Counted from the stretch's first letter, positions 26,571-40,504 are shown. The stretch: 64,000 bases of DNA from Octopus vulgaris (GCA_951406725.2 OX597821.1:33790001-33854000), one strand, 5' to 3'. The notes: generated by a model from the sequence alone, not told the origin. Translations and numbers: made by a program.

Positions 26571-27779
26571 AATTCTAAATGTAAACATCTTTTTTTTTTA
26601 TATGTAATATTTTTAACCTTAATAAGAACAAATGCTAACGTTATACTTAACCAAATCATTTGTTAAATTATATGGATTGCAACTCCAACCATTCACTTTG
26701 TGTTTTTAGAAATTTTGCCAGCAATTTAGGTAGAAGAATCTGTCACATCTTATGATTAAACCTTATTTGATAGAGTAGCAAATCTATATAATAACGAACT
26801 AGCCAACAGTAGTTTTAAGAAAATATATTTTATATTAACTTATACATTCTAACAAGAAAATGTATAAAAGAAATATAATATGGTTTTTATCCATATCACT
26901 CAATTAATATTATTACTCCAAGTGGAAAGTTATTCCTTCATCTTGAATGATTATATTTCCCTTCCGGATATAAATATAGAAAAATCTTCAACTCCTTAAC
27001 TATTCAACATTGACAAACCTGACTAATACACTGAATTTACAACAACTACAATACTATAATAATAATAATAATAATATTCCAAGTGGAACAGTATCCAATA
27101 TTGTGATGTTGTAGATTGAAGATATTGTGTGTGCCATGAAGTTACAAGGACTTCAGACAGACAGTACTTTATGCAGTATGTGTGCAATTCCAAGTAAAGC
27201 TGATTTTTGCAATAACATGTTCAAGTTGTAACATAATGTGTTTAATTAGCAATTTTAGAAGGCAGTTCATAGATAGAACCCATTTTCGGTGGTTTCTTAA
27301 AGAGATACGAATAAAGAATATTCAGAAGGCAAGTTTATAAAACAAAAACATTGAAATTTATTCACTAGTGTAATGAGCACTAGAAAGTGGTAACAAGGAT
27401 TAATCTTGCATATGAATGGTAACCAAATATATGTTCATGTGAAACTGGAAAAAAACGCATGACTTATTATATACACTGAAGTTTGTATAAAACAGAGTGG
27501 AAGCTGATATTAATCAAATGAGTTGCATGTAGTTGGTGGTGGACACAGAAAATGTGCCATGTCAAAGCGATGTTGCTTCTATGCTGTCAAATCCACAACT
27601 GGTTTTAAACTGCCACTTTGCAGCTGTAGTGAATTCCTTCAGCTAAAGCAGATCACTGCTGTTTTATTCATATGCCTCCAGCTCTGATTGGCTGGAATCT
27701 TCCACAGCACAACTGAACTATCCCACAGCAACAAAATAGATCTTTCCTGTCTTGCTACACACACATACATACATATATA

Positions 27780-28964
27780 TTGGGTCATCCCATAAATAAT
27801 GTGGTTATTTTCAATTGCATGAACTAAAAGCAGGTAGTAATTTTACCTTGTCCTTATTCTTAGTACAAGTTTTGAAGAGTGCAGTTCAATTTGAGCACTT
27901 ATTTTTTCAAAGTTATAATGGAAGTGATAAAAGAGCATATTTTGCTTTATGAGTTCAATAAAGGCAATAATGCAACGGAAAGTGTGAGAAATTTTAATGT
28001 GGTATATGGGGATCAGACAATAAGTAAGCCAGTCTCAACAATGGTTCCAGAAATTCTGAGCCGGAAACTACAGCCTAGAAAACAAGCCTTGTCCTGGAAG
28101 ATCTGTAGAGCTCAACAAGGATGTCCTGCAGAGCCTCCCATCGTAACTGTTGAGGAACTAGAAGAGAAGCGTGGATTTGGTCACTCAACCATTCATTGAT
28201 ACGTGTGTGCCACTGGAAAAGTCAGTAAATTGAGTCAATGGGTTCCTCACAAACTTTCTGAGTTTAATCACACACAAAGAGTGAATGTGTGCTCTTCTTT
28301 GCTGTCACATCTCACGAATGAACTTTTTTGGACCGAATAGTAACTGGTGACAAGAAATGTGTTCTCTATAAAAATGTCAAGTGGGTAGGGAAAAGAGAAA
28401 CACTGGCACCTCAGGCTAAAGAAGGTTTTCAGCCATGTAAGCCATGTTATCTGTTTGGTGGGATATGAAAGGTTTAGTCCACTTTGAACTTTTAAACCCA
28501 AACCAAATGATAGCAGCTTGAATGGCCTAAGTCAGCACTAGAAGAAAAACGACCATCTTTGGTTTCAAAACGAAAGGTATTCTTCCATCAGGATAATGCT
28601 TGGTCACATACAGCAAGGATGACATTCCAAAGGCTGGAGCAGTTTGAATGGGAAACAATGCCCCGCCCATCATATTCGCTGGACATTGCCCCATCTGATT
28701 ATCATTTATTCTGCAGTTTTCAAAATCATATGGATGGAAAAAATATGAATTCTGTAGATGAGGTCAGAACAGTACTGGAGGAGTATTTCTTGTCACGAAC
28801 AAGTGAATTTTTGAAGAGGAGTCTTGCAAGTCTACTAGATAGATGGAAGAGCATTGTAGAAAATAAAGGAGAGTATATTTAGATTAAAAAAGCACTTTGT
28901 TTATCATAATTGTGTAAAAATAAAAGGAGTATAAAAAACCCACATTATTCGTGGGATGACCCAA
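27780..28964 (+). mobile_element. Decayed mariner (DD34D) transposon
   Basis: TIR TTGGGTCATCCCATAAATAATGTGG / CCACATTATTCGTGGGATGACCCAA; transposase motifs WVPH, VTGD, FHQDNA and YSLDIAPSDYHLF; stops and frameshifts. Confidence 0.92.
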
Positions 28965-31722
28965 TCTCTATGTATATATTCAGTGCTGATGCCATGTAAA
29001 AAGCATCCTCTCTACATTGTAAAGTGGTTGGCATTTGGAAAGGCATCCGTCTGTAAAAACCATGACAAAACTAACCTTGCCTATGCTTGTGCCACATAAA
29101 AAGCACTTTGTCCACTCTGCTGGGTGATTGGTGTTAGGAAGGGTGTCCAGCTGTAAAAACCCTGCCAAAACAAACACCAAAGCCTGGTGCAGGCTCCTGT
29201 CAAACAGTCCAACCCATGCCAACATGGAAGGCAGACATTAAACGATGATGACGATGACAATGAGGAAGATAATATTTGCACAGAAGGTTTCTTTCAGTTT
29301 CTGTCTACCAAATCCACTCACAAGGCTTTGGTGTGCCCAAGGTGCCATGCTGTTTGACTGAACCCAGAACCATGCTGTTGGAAATCAAACTTCTAACCAC
29401 ACCGCTACACTTATGCCTATTGTACATAAGTACAAAGCAAGAAGTCTAACCGAAACTCAAAACCTTAACTCTTGGTTCCTTGATGATTTTGCAATTATGA
29501 ATAATAAACTTCCTTTCCTCTTATGTTTATTTGTTTTCCTTTCTCTCTGGCTGTTTCTTACATAGCAACAGAAATTTCTTATGATGATGGGAAATCAACC
29601 AATCAAAGCTGACATAAATCAACTATGTCACCTGTCAGTGCAATAATCATCATAAAAGCAGTGATAAGTTATTTAGTGGTTGGTGTGTAGCTTTTCAAGA
29701 TAGGAGAAACATCATCTGAGAAAACGCTTGGCAGACCAGTTGCATCTGTCACTACTAGTTACCAACATTATTACCATCTTCACAACATGGCATCAACAAC
29801 AGACACCATTGAGGTCTCCATCATTTGTCTTTTCTCAAAAATTTCACCTGCTGAGTTTTCACTTGTCATGTATTTCCATCTTGACTTGCCCTTGTGAGTG
29901 TGTGTTGACACAATCACACACAGACACATGCACACACACACACATACACACACACACACACAAACACACATGCATGCTATATGTGTGTGTGTTTGTGCAT
30001 ACACTTGCATCTGTATACGTACACACGCATATTCCATTTTTGCATTTTGTTTGCAAGATTCTTAATGTGATTTCATGTGTTGAAGCATATTTAATTGTGT
30101 CTGGGGAGAGTCATTCTCTTTTAGTGCCTTATTAATTTAATGCACTCACTGATTTCCACTCATTTTTACTAAAATTTTTGTCACAACATGCAACCTTTTC
30201 AATAGTCATTGACTCTGTTATTGGCATTGCATTTTTTGTTTTTGCGCGCATATGTGTGCGTCAGTGTATGTGTGCATACACATGTATGTATGTATATGCA
30301 TGTATGTGTGTGTGCATGCATATACATATGTATGCATGTATGCACATTTGTATGTATGTATGTACTCTGCATGTTTGTGTGTATGCATGTATGTGTGTGT
30401 ATATGTATATGTATATGTGCATGTTTGTATGTATTATAGTACAGTTTAACTCTTTAGCATTTAAACTGGCCATGTTCAGCCCAAATTTTCTATGTGTTTC
30501 ATAATCAAACCAACAAGATCCTGCCTCTCACACCTATCCTACAATGTCATTCTAAAAATAGATAATACATTATCAAAATTTCAAAGCTATGGGATAATAC
30601 ATTGTTAGTTCAAAACAATGTGAATAAATAAGCATTATATTTAACACGATAATCTGAATACTAGATGCTTCATTGGGTATTCACTTCCTGTTTTTTTTTA
30701 AAATTTTATTTTGCTTGGATACTATTGTTTTCTTGGGATATGGCTAACATTGCAGTATACCTTCATTCTATTTATATTGCAGCTTTCATTATACACTTTA
30801 GCAATGTCATAGCAACACACCATATGCATACCATATTATACATTTATCTTATGTTACATGTTTCTAAGTCTTCAATTGAAAATGTTCCAGAATAATTTCT
30901 TTACATGATTCTACATGGATAATTTGAATTTTTAACAAATATTTTGAGGCATTAAATCAAGATGCATCAGGCAGAGATTGCATTTCTTTGGTCAGTTTGA
31001 ATAAAAGGGTCTCAGTTTGAATGATACTATGGCTTATAAGAGATGTTGATTTTATTCTCTTTCAGTTTTCAGATGTATTGGGAGAAAGAAGTGGAGTTTA
31101 TTTTAGTGGTGCTTCTTAAGGAATAAGTGTGCTGTATGCATCTGATTTTAAATGCATTTCTCATTAATCTTATGTACCTCCATTTAGTACTATGTATAGT
31201 TTTACTCTTGCACATGTGCTTCAAGTGCCTTTACGAGGCAATTGCAGTTATGTAGGGAGATTATGATATTGCAATCACATTCTGGAAGACTAGTTGTGCG
31301 TTTCAGTGTCTGTTGTAGTAGTTGTGGTTGAATATTTGAGATCTGATATTAAGTAGCTGTATCTAGCATTTTTCATTATTCTAATTTAAGGGCTAATAAT
31401 AGGTATTTATTTTAAAAATGTTTACTTACCAGAGCAGTAGCTGTGTTAGTTATTATGTCTATGCCACAGGCCAAGCCAGTTGATTTTTTTCCCCATTTCA
31501 ATAGGTTTTTGGAAAATCTCTGCACATTCTAGTTTTTCTTTGTATCCACTTCATACAAATGCATCATTAGAGTAGAGTGCAGCTCAGGTGGGTATTTTCC
31601 TGTTAGAGTAATTTGGATCGTCTTCTACTTACATTGACTCATAGGTTGTTTATCATTTTGAGGTTATGTCTAAAGTTTTTGTTAATATTAGTTACATCAT
31701 CTCACATTTGGTTTCCTGAAAT

Positions 31723-31766
<44 letters not shown>

Positions 31767-31768
31767 AC

Positions 31769-32002
31769 AGGCGGCGAGCTGGCTGAAACGTTAGCACGCC
31801 AGGCGAAATGCGGAGCCGTATTTCGTCTGCAGTTACGTTCTGAGTTCAAATTCCGCCTAGGTCGAGTTTGCCTTTCATCCTTTCGGGGTCGATAAATTAA
31901 GTACCAGTTACCCACTGGGGTAGATGTAATCGACTTAATCCAATTGTCTGTCCTTGTTTATCTCCTCTGTGTTTAGCCCCTTGTGGGTAGTAAAGAAATA
32001 GG
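31769..32002 (+). mobile_element. SINE family B
   Basis: GGCGGCGAGCTGGCTGAAACGTTAG head, GAGTTCAAATTCC B-box-like motif, GCCTTTCATCCTTTCGGGGTCGATAAA central domain. Confidence 0.85.
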
Positions 32003-32015
32003 TATATATATATAG

Positions 32016-32057
<42 letters not shown>

Positions 32058-32639
32058 GTACACATACATGCATGTGCACACACACAAATGCAAACATGCA
32101 CACATAGACGTTTGATGAGTTCCATGCATGAAACTCAACTTTTGAGAGTTGTATTTGTAACTTTCTGCTGATTAAATATATTTAAAAAAATTATATATGT
32201 TCGTCTATCGTGTTCTCTTTGTCCTCTTTGTTTCATCAAACCTATAATGCACACACACACACATATTATACAAACATACACATACATACACACACACATA
32301 CATACATGTATACACACATACATACATGTACATATGTATGTATTTTTCTCTGCGTGTGCATTTATATACACAGGAACACTTTCACATACATTACAGTTTA
32401 CTATGTTGGTCAGAGACATTGGTACACTTATTCCCTTTATCATGCAGTAAAGTGCTTTCACACTTTAAATGTGCTGAGATTCACTCCCCACCACACCCAC
32501 ACACACACCCACAACACCCAAAAAAAGAAAAAAAAGGAAGAAAAAAAAAAAGAAATTGAAGTTCAGAATAGAGCCTGATCAAAATATAGAGAAACACATC
32601 AGTTGACACACTGAAAACTGCTTACACAAACAAATATGT

Positions 32640-32644
32640 ACTTG

Positions 32645-32679
<35 letters not shown>

Positions 32680-33205
32680 TCACAAGCATACACACATACA
32701 TGCACATACAGACCCAGACAGACAGACACACACACACACTTTCACAAGCACATGCACACACAAGCATACACACATTCACACACATACATGCACACACACA
32801 CACACTTTCACAAACACAAGCATACACACATTCACACACACACACATTCACACACATATATGCACACACACACACTTTCACAAACACATGCACACACAAG
32901 CATACACACATTCAAACACACATATGCACACACACACACTTTCACAAGCACATGCATACACACATTCACATACATTCACACACATACATGCACACACACA
33001 CACTTTCACAAACACATGCACACACAAGCATACACACATTCAAACACATACATGCACACACACACACACACACACTTTCACAAGCACATGCACACACAAG
33101 CATACACACATTCAAACACATACATGCACACACACACACTTTCACAAGCATACACACATTCACACACATACATGCGCACACAGACACAGACAGACACATA
33201 CACAT
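32640..33205. repeat. CA-rich degenerate minisatellite
   Basis: Recurring CACACTTTCACAAGCACATGCACACACAAGCATACACACATTC units. Confidence 0.85.
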
Positions 33206-33651
33206 GGGCGCATGCATGCACACTCGGACTTACACTTGGCACATATAATGCCAATTAGTTTCCTTATTTGAATAAAATTAATTTGTCCGTATGCTGCTAC
33301 GTTTTACAACAGTAGTCATTAACAGATGATTGCTGTTTCATAAAACTCATAATAGCACTGACAAATTAGATTAAATTAAATTACATTCACACTTACGAGA
33401 CATTCTCACATGCGAATGCATTTACCTACATAGATGTATACACACTCTTATATATACACATGAACACATGTATGCGCATGTATGTGTATATAACCTTAGG
33501 GAATCCCCATCTGTTTAGCTACTTTTTGAAGTTTATTTTTAATTCGTTAAAATTTGTTAAAAGGTTCTATCTGTCTGTCCATTTACCTGTTTTGCACTTT
33601 TATTCATTCTTACCCTTTCAATTTTTAATTATTTTTCATTTTACCATCAAT

Positions 33652-34075
33652 AGGCGCAGGAGTGGCTGTGTGGTAAGTAGCTTGCTTACGAACGACATGG
33701 TTCTGGGTTCAGTCCCACTGCGCGGCACCTTGGGCAAGTGTCTTCTACTATAGCCTCGGGCCGACCAAATCCTTGTAAGTGGATTTGGTAGATGGAAACT
33801 GAAAGATGCTTTTCGTGTATATATATATATATATATATATATTTATGTATGTATGTGTGAATATGTTTGTGTATCTGTGTTTGTTCCCCCAGCATCGCTT
33901 GACAACCGATGGTGGTGTGTTTATGTCCCTGTAACTTAGAGGTTCGGCAAAAGAGACCAATAGAATAAGTACTAGGCTTACAAAGAATAAGTCTTGGGGT
34001 CGATTTGCTCAACTAAAGGCGGTGCTCCAGCATGGCCGCAGTCAAATGACTGAAACAAGTAAAAGCGAGTAAAGA
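33652..34075 (+). mobile_element. SINE family A, full length
   Basis: A/B-box-like head, internal (TA)n, tail GGCGGTGCTCCAGCATGGCCGCAGTCAAATGACTGAAACAAG. Confidence 0.9.
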
Positions 34076-34483
34076 GAGCAGGCTGTGCTGTTGATTAGAT
34101 CAACTGGAACTCTCAATGTTGTAACCATCAGAGTGCCATTTACTACATCTCACAGGCACTAATTACTATGGGCATGACGACTAATGTATATAAATGGGTT
34201 TTGGTACTTTGGTTGATGGTGGAGTTGGACCATAGAGAATTCAGACACTGGATGACAATTATATTCGTTTTTTTTTATTTTGCAATTTACTTAATCATTG
34301 GTATATTATTGTTATTTTAATTTTAATATTTCTATTATATGTAATTTTGTAGATGGTGTAATTTAATTATTCATTTTGAATTGATATACACTGTTTTTTT
34401 CTAATTTATATATATATATATGGCGGTGCCCCAGCATGGCCACAGCTCATTAGCTGAAACTGGAAAAATCAAAAATCAAAATC

Positions 34484-34514
<31 letters not shown>

Positions 34515-34623
34515 TGTGTGAAATTTGATTTAGTATTTCTAAATTGAATTTTTCCCTGTAAGTTAGGAATAATATTCCCACAAATAATAATTATATATAT
34601 ATATATATATATATGCACTTATA

Positions 34624-34657
<34 letters not shown>

Positions 34658-34900
34658 CATATATATACATATATATACATATACACACACACATATATAT
34701 ATATACATATATGTATATATATATACATATATGTATATATATGTATATATACATATTTGTGTATATATATATATATATATACATATATACATATTTGTGT
34801 ATATATATATATATACATATATACATATTTGTGTATATATATATATATACATATATTTGTATATATATATACATATATATATACATATATATATATACAC

Positions 34901-34981
<81 letters not shown>

Positions 34982-35304
34982 TTACACCACACGACTTTAC
35001 ACATCACCCCTTCTCCTCTCCTCCTCATCTCCTCTCTCTACACTACACCATACGACTTTACACATCACATCATATATACATACACACGTCCAGACCTCTC
35101 ATACGCACTACATACTCTCTCATACACACACACACTCTTATGTTGGGGCGAGGTCATTTAACCCTATTATCTCCCCTAATTTCGCTCTTGCGTCTCGCGT
35201 TTGATCTTTGACTTCTGGCCGAAATCAGATCGCCATGTTGATTCGCTAGCCTCTGCACGCATTTTTTTCTCTCCTTGTTTCTTTCTGTGTTTCTTTTCTG
35301 TGTA

Positions 35305-35342
35305 TCTTTCTGTTGAAGAGCGTAGGCTCGAAACGTAAAAGA
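35305..35342 (+). ncRNA. Hammerhead ribozyme-like motif (A6U, extra A after A9)
   Basis: TCTTT-CTGTTGA-A-GAGC gtag GCTC-GAAA-CG-TA-AAAGA. Confidence 0.6.
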
Positions 35343-35672
35343 CTTGTTTTATTTATATTCCTGAGCGCCATACTAATACAAATGTTTGTTTGTATTCCAC
35401 CTGCCTTCGTCTTTTGTTTATTTTCATAAAGCTTCCCGTTATATATATATACATACATATATATATATATATACATACATATATATATATACATACATAT
35501 ATATATACATACATACATATATATATATACATCATCATCATTTAGCGTCTGTTTTCCATGCTAGTTTAACTGGGGTCTGTGAAGCCGGAAGGCTTCATCA
35601 GGCCCAGTCAGATTTGGCAGTGTTTCTACGGCTGGATGCCCTTCCTAACGCCAACCACTCCGCGAGTGTAGT

Positions 35673-36530
35673 GGGTGTTTTTTACGTGCCACCTGCACAG
35701 GTGCCAGACAGAGCTGGCACAACGGCCATGAACGGATGGTGCTTTTACGTGTCACCGGCACGGGGCCAGGCGATGCTGACAACGGACACGAATGGATGGT
35801 GCTTTTACGTGCCACCAACACGGGGCCAGACAGAGCTGGCAAACGGCCACGAACGGACGGTGCTTTTACGTGTCACCGGCACGGGGGCCAGCCGAGGCTG
35901 GCAACGAACACGAACGGATGGTGCTTTTACGTGCCACCGACACGGGGCCAGACAGAGCTGGTAAACGGCCACGAACGGACGGTGCTTTTACGTGTCACCG
36001 GCACGGGGCCAGCCGAGGCTGGCAACGGACACGATCAGATGGTGCTTTTACGTGCCACCGACACGGGGCCAGACAGAGCTGGCAAACGGCCACGAACGGA
36101 CGGTGCTTTTACATGTCACCGGCACGGGGGCCAGCCGAGGCTGGCAACGAACACGAACGGATGGTGCTTTTACGTGCCACCGACACGGCGCCAGAGAGAG
36201 CTGGCAAACAGCCACGAACGGACGGTGCTTTTACGTGTCACCGGCACGGGGGCCAGCCGAGGCTGGCAACGAACACGAGCGGATGGTGCTTTTATGTGCC
36301 ACCGACACGGGGCCAGACAGAGCTGGCAAACGGCCATGAACGGACGGTGCTTTTACGTGTCACCGGCACGGGGGCCAGCCGAGGCTGGCAACGAACACGA
36401 ACGGATGGTGCTTTTACGTGCCACCGACACGGGGGCCAGACAGAGCTGGCAAACGGCCACGAGCGAATGGTGCTTTTACGTATCACCGACACGGGTGCCA
36501 GACGAGGCTGGCAGCGGACACGAACGGATG
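35673..36530. repeat. Alternating ~60/61-bp tandem array in the RTE 3' UTR
   Basis: About 14 units with core GGTGCTTTTACGTG(C/T)CACCG(G/A)CACGGGG, in A/B alternation. Confidence 0.9.
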
Positions 36531-36578
36531 GGTCACTTAACCCCTGCTTTCTGATATATGATTTGATTTTGATTGTTC

Positions 36579-39500
36579 TCACTGGTCTTGCCGGGTCTTC
36601 TCACACACAGCATACTTCCACAGGTCTTGGTCTCTGGTAATTTCCTTGGTGAGACCTAGAGTTCGAAGGTCGTGCTTCACCACCTTGACCCAGGTTTTCC
36701 TGGGTCTACCTCTTCCACAGGTCCCCTCAACTGCCAGGGTGTGGCACTTTTTCACACACCTATCTTTGTCCATTCTCGCCACATGACCATACCAGCGCAA
36801 TCGTCTCTCTTGCACACAACATCTGATGCCTCTTATGTCCAACTTTTCTCTCAAGGTACTTACACTCTGTCGACTATGAACACTGACATTACACATCCAA
36901 CGGAGCATACTAGCTTCATTTCTTGCGAGCTTACGTAAATCCTCAGCAGTCACAGCCCAAATTTCACTACCATGTAGCATGGCTGTACGTACACATGCAT
37001 CATACAGTCTGCCTTTTACTTTGAGTGAGAGGCCTTTTGTCACCAGCAGGGGTAAGAGCTCTCTAAACTTTGCCCAGGCTATTCTTACTCTAGCAGTTAC
37101 ACTTTCAGCACACCTGCCCCCCGCTACTGACTTGGTCACCTAGGTAGCAGAAGCTATCAACTACTTCTAGTTTTTCTCCCTGAAACGTGATAGAAGTTGG
37201 TCTCTGCATATTTTCAGAGTTTATTGCTCCTGAGCATCTGCCACAGATAAAAACTATTTTCCTAGTTAGTCTTCCTTTGACATTACTACATCTCTTATGT
37301 GTCCATAGCTTACATTTGGTGCATCTTATAGAGTTTCTACCTACGCCTTTTCTACAGATCGAGCAAGGCCATCTACCTGAAGGCGTTTGTGATTGGTCTA
37401 CCTTCCTACTTATTAGGACTTTGGTTTTGGCTAGGTTGATTCTAAGGCCCTTCGATTCTAAACCTTGCTTCCACACCTGAAACTTCTCCTCCAGTTCTGA
37501 TAGAGACTCAGCAATTAGAGCAAGGTCATCAGCATAGAGGAGCTCCCAGGGGCATCCAGTCTTGAATTCCTCCGTTATTGCCTGGAGGACTATGATAAAT
37601 AGGAGGGGGCTGAGGACTGAACCTTGGTGGACCCCAACCTCTACCCTGAATTCTTCACTGTACTCGGTGCCAACCCTCACCTTACTAGCAGCGTCTCTGT
37701 ACATGGCTTGTACAGCTCTCACTAACCATTCATCTAACCCTAGTTTCCTCATTGACCACCAGATAAGGGATCGGGGGACCCTGTCGAAGGCTTTCTCCAT
37801 ATCGACAAAAGCCAGGTACAAGGGCTTGTCTTTGGCTAGGTATTTCTCCTGCAGCTGTCTTACCAGGAAAATAGCATCAGTAGTACTTTTCCCTGGCACG
37901 AACCCAAACTGCATCTGATCTAAGCTAACTCTCTCTCTAATTTGTTGGGCTATAACCCTCTCCGTAACCTTCATTACCTGATCTAGCAGCTTGATACCCC
38001 TGTAGTTATTTGTATCTAGGGCGTCACCTTTACCTTTGTAGCAGTTGACTATTATGCTGCTACACCAGTCATTGGGAATGACTCCTTCGTGTATCACCTG
38101 GTTAACTATACGGGTGACTAGGCTATAGCCAGCACTACCAGATATTTTGAGCATCTCTGCAGTAATTCCTGATGGGCCTGGGGCTTTCCCTGTTTTCATG
38201 CTTCTAATTGCCTTATCTACTAAGGAACTGTCAACTTGGATTGCTGGTCCCTCTGTTGGGTCAACATTCAGCAGACTCTCTTTATCCCATTCATTTTCCT
38301 CATTCAGCAACCTTTCATAGTGGCGTCTCCAAACCTCTCTCTTTGCCTCCTCATTTAGCGCAAGTGAGCCGTCATCCTTGCGAACACATTTCTCTCCTAC
38401 CACGTCAAGATTCTCTCTCACACACTGTCTTGCAACACGAAATACCTCAAGTCTTTCATCTTCACGGCGCAGGACATTGGCAAATTTTTTCTTAGCTGCT
38501 TCCCCTCTGGCTAAATACACCTGCCTCCTAGCCTCCCTTCTTGCAGTCTGATACACTTCCCTGCTACCACCGTTCTTCCAGTCCTTCCAAGCCTGTTTCT
38601 TTTGTCTAATAGCCCTGTCAACAGTATTGTTCCACCACCACGTTATTTTGGGTCTTGTGGGGACTTTGCACCAGCCACAGATCTGGTCTGTGGCTTTCAG
38701 CAGGTTGTCCCTTAGAAGCACCCAGTTATCTTCTACCCCATGTGTAGCTATACCCCCTTCTATTTCGTCGAAGGCTTCAAGTAACATGTCTCTAAATCTC
38801 TGTCTATTTGCAGGGTCTTTAAGCTTCCAGACCCTTCTTCTCCATGTTGGTCGTCTTCTAGTCGTCCTCTTAGTCCTGATTCTAAAGTCACTGACTACCA
38901 GTCTATGTTGTGGGGTACACTCTTCGCCTGGGAAGGTTTTGGCATTTATAAGCAGCCATCTTTCCCTTTTTCTGGTAAGGATGTAGTCGATTTGGGTAGT
39001 ATGCTGGCCCGAATGGTAGGTGACCAAGTGGCTTGTCGGTTTCCTGAAGTTAGTGTTGCAAACCATAAGACTATTTGCATCACAGAACTCCAGCAGCCTG
39101 GTTCCCTCCTCATTGCGAGAACCATTACCATAGCCTCCATGAACGCCATAGAAGCTCTCAGCATATCGTCCAACATGCCCATTGAAGTCACCACCCACAA
39201 AGAGAAGGTCCCTGTCGTTCGTCAGTGAGGTGGTCTGCAGTAGGGTGTCATAGAAACAGTCTTTCTGTCCATCGGGTAGCCCTGGCTGAGGGGCATAGGC
39301 CGATATAATAGTTGCTAAACTATGATGGAGCACTAAACTAATCTTCAGTATTCTGTCACATACTCTGACTACCTCGATTACCTTACCTACCCATTTTTCG
39401 GCAATAAGCACACCTACTCCCCCGACCCCTTCAGTATTCCCAGCCCAGAAAATCTTGTACCTCTGTCCTTTACCTGTGAGGAACCTAGCAGAACCTCCTC

Positions 39501-39681
39501 TCCACCTCACCTCTTGAACACAGCATATATCCACACACCTCCGTTCAAGCAATTCAACGATCTCGCCAGATCTGCCTTTCAGTGTGCCAACGTTGAGGGT
39601 GCCAATCCTGAGGGAGTGGGAGGCATTGAACCTAGTAGCATCATGAACCTGAAAAGAAAACTCGCGTTTGGCAGGATTCAT
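36579..39681 (-). CDS. RTE ORF: AP endonuclease + reverse transcriptase + PHD-like finger (one frameshift at 37117-37122)
   Basis: TLNVGTL, VQEVRW, AYAPQ, GDFNGH, IDYIL, HRLV (APE); YRGIKLL, QFGF, DMEKAFD, GVHQGSVLSP, LYADD (RT); C-x2-C-x10-C-x2-C-x4-H-x2-C-x14-C-x2-C. ORFs 37105-39681 and 36579-37139 join if one G is removed from a G6 run. Confidence 0.92.
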
Positions 39682-40320
39682 AAACAGACAATTAAACCTA
39701 AGTTCAAACCGCGTACGTTACCAATATATCTTGCAATGAATGACCACTACCATTTATGGAAGGAGGAGCAAGTGGCGTAGACAACAGGGATGCGAAGTGT
39801 ACATGGGCGACAGACATGTACATGGGAGACAACAAGGATGAGAAAATTTTGGACTTCCTGTAGCGGTGGGGGGCAGCGTAAAACTTAAAGTGTACATCAG
39901 AGACAGCGATGAGAAAATTTTAGGCTTCCTGTAACGGTGGAGGGGGTGGGAGGGCGGGCGAGCCCCGCGAAAAATCGGCCGCCATTGAGACCCCTGTATG
40001 GAAAAACTTAAATATCTATTCTATATTTAGTGAGACGCGAGGCCGAATCGATGGTCAACGATAACTAATGAATTATACATAATATGCAATACGAGGCGAG
40101 GCTGAAAATAATAATAAACAGATTGATGACCAGGGATCAAAGGGATAATACTAATACTAATACTAATAATAATAATAATAAACAGCTTAACCACTAGAGA
40201 TCAGACAAATTTGCATGAGAGTATTACTGGTAAATACGGGATGAATTAGGTTAAAAAAGGTTTTCTTATCTTGGAAACATTTCGTTTTCGGACTGACTCG
40301 GCAGAAGGAATATACATATA

Positions 40321-40351
<31 letters not shown>

Positions 40352-40504
40352 ATACATTTTAAAAAAAATGTCCAGTTCCTTTGGTTTGTGTCTATGTTTT
40401 CGTTTCTCATTGTGTTTGACGTCCTTTTGGTGTCCTGTACTCATATATGCGTGTATATGTACATGTAGAGGTAGGTACGTACATATATGTTTATATATAT
40501 GCAT

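Larger units (their letters stand above)
35530..40145 (-). mobile_element. Full-length RTE-clade LINE
   Basis: Single APE-RT ORF, ~460-bp CpG-containing 5' UTR, ~1-kb repeat-rich 3' UTR, (GAT)n tail. The 5' end is approximate. Confidence 0.92.

Noticed and set aside
35673-36530. CRISPR-like repeat/spacer appearance and ORFs of 272 and 282 aa
   Set aside because: The spacers are themselves repeated (A/B alternation), no cas genes are present, the context is eukaryotic, and the array lies in a LINE 3' UTR.
39682-40145. HDV-like ribozyme, as found at the 5' end of some RTE elements
   Set aside because: I could not build the nested double pseudoknot by eye; a descriptor search would be needed.
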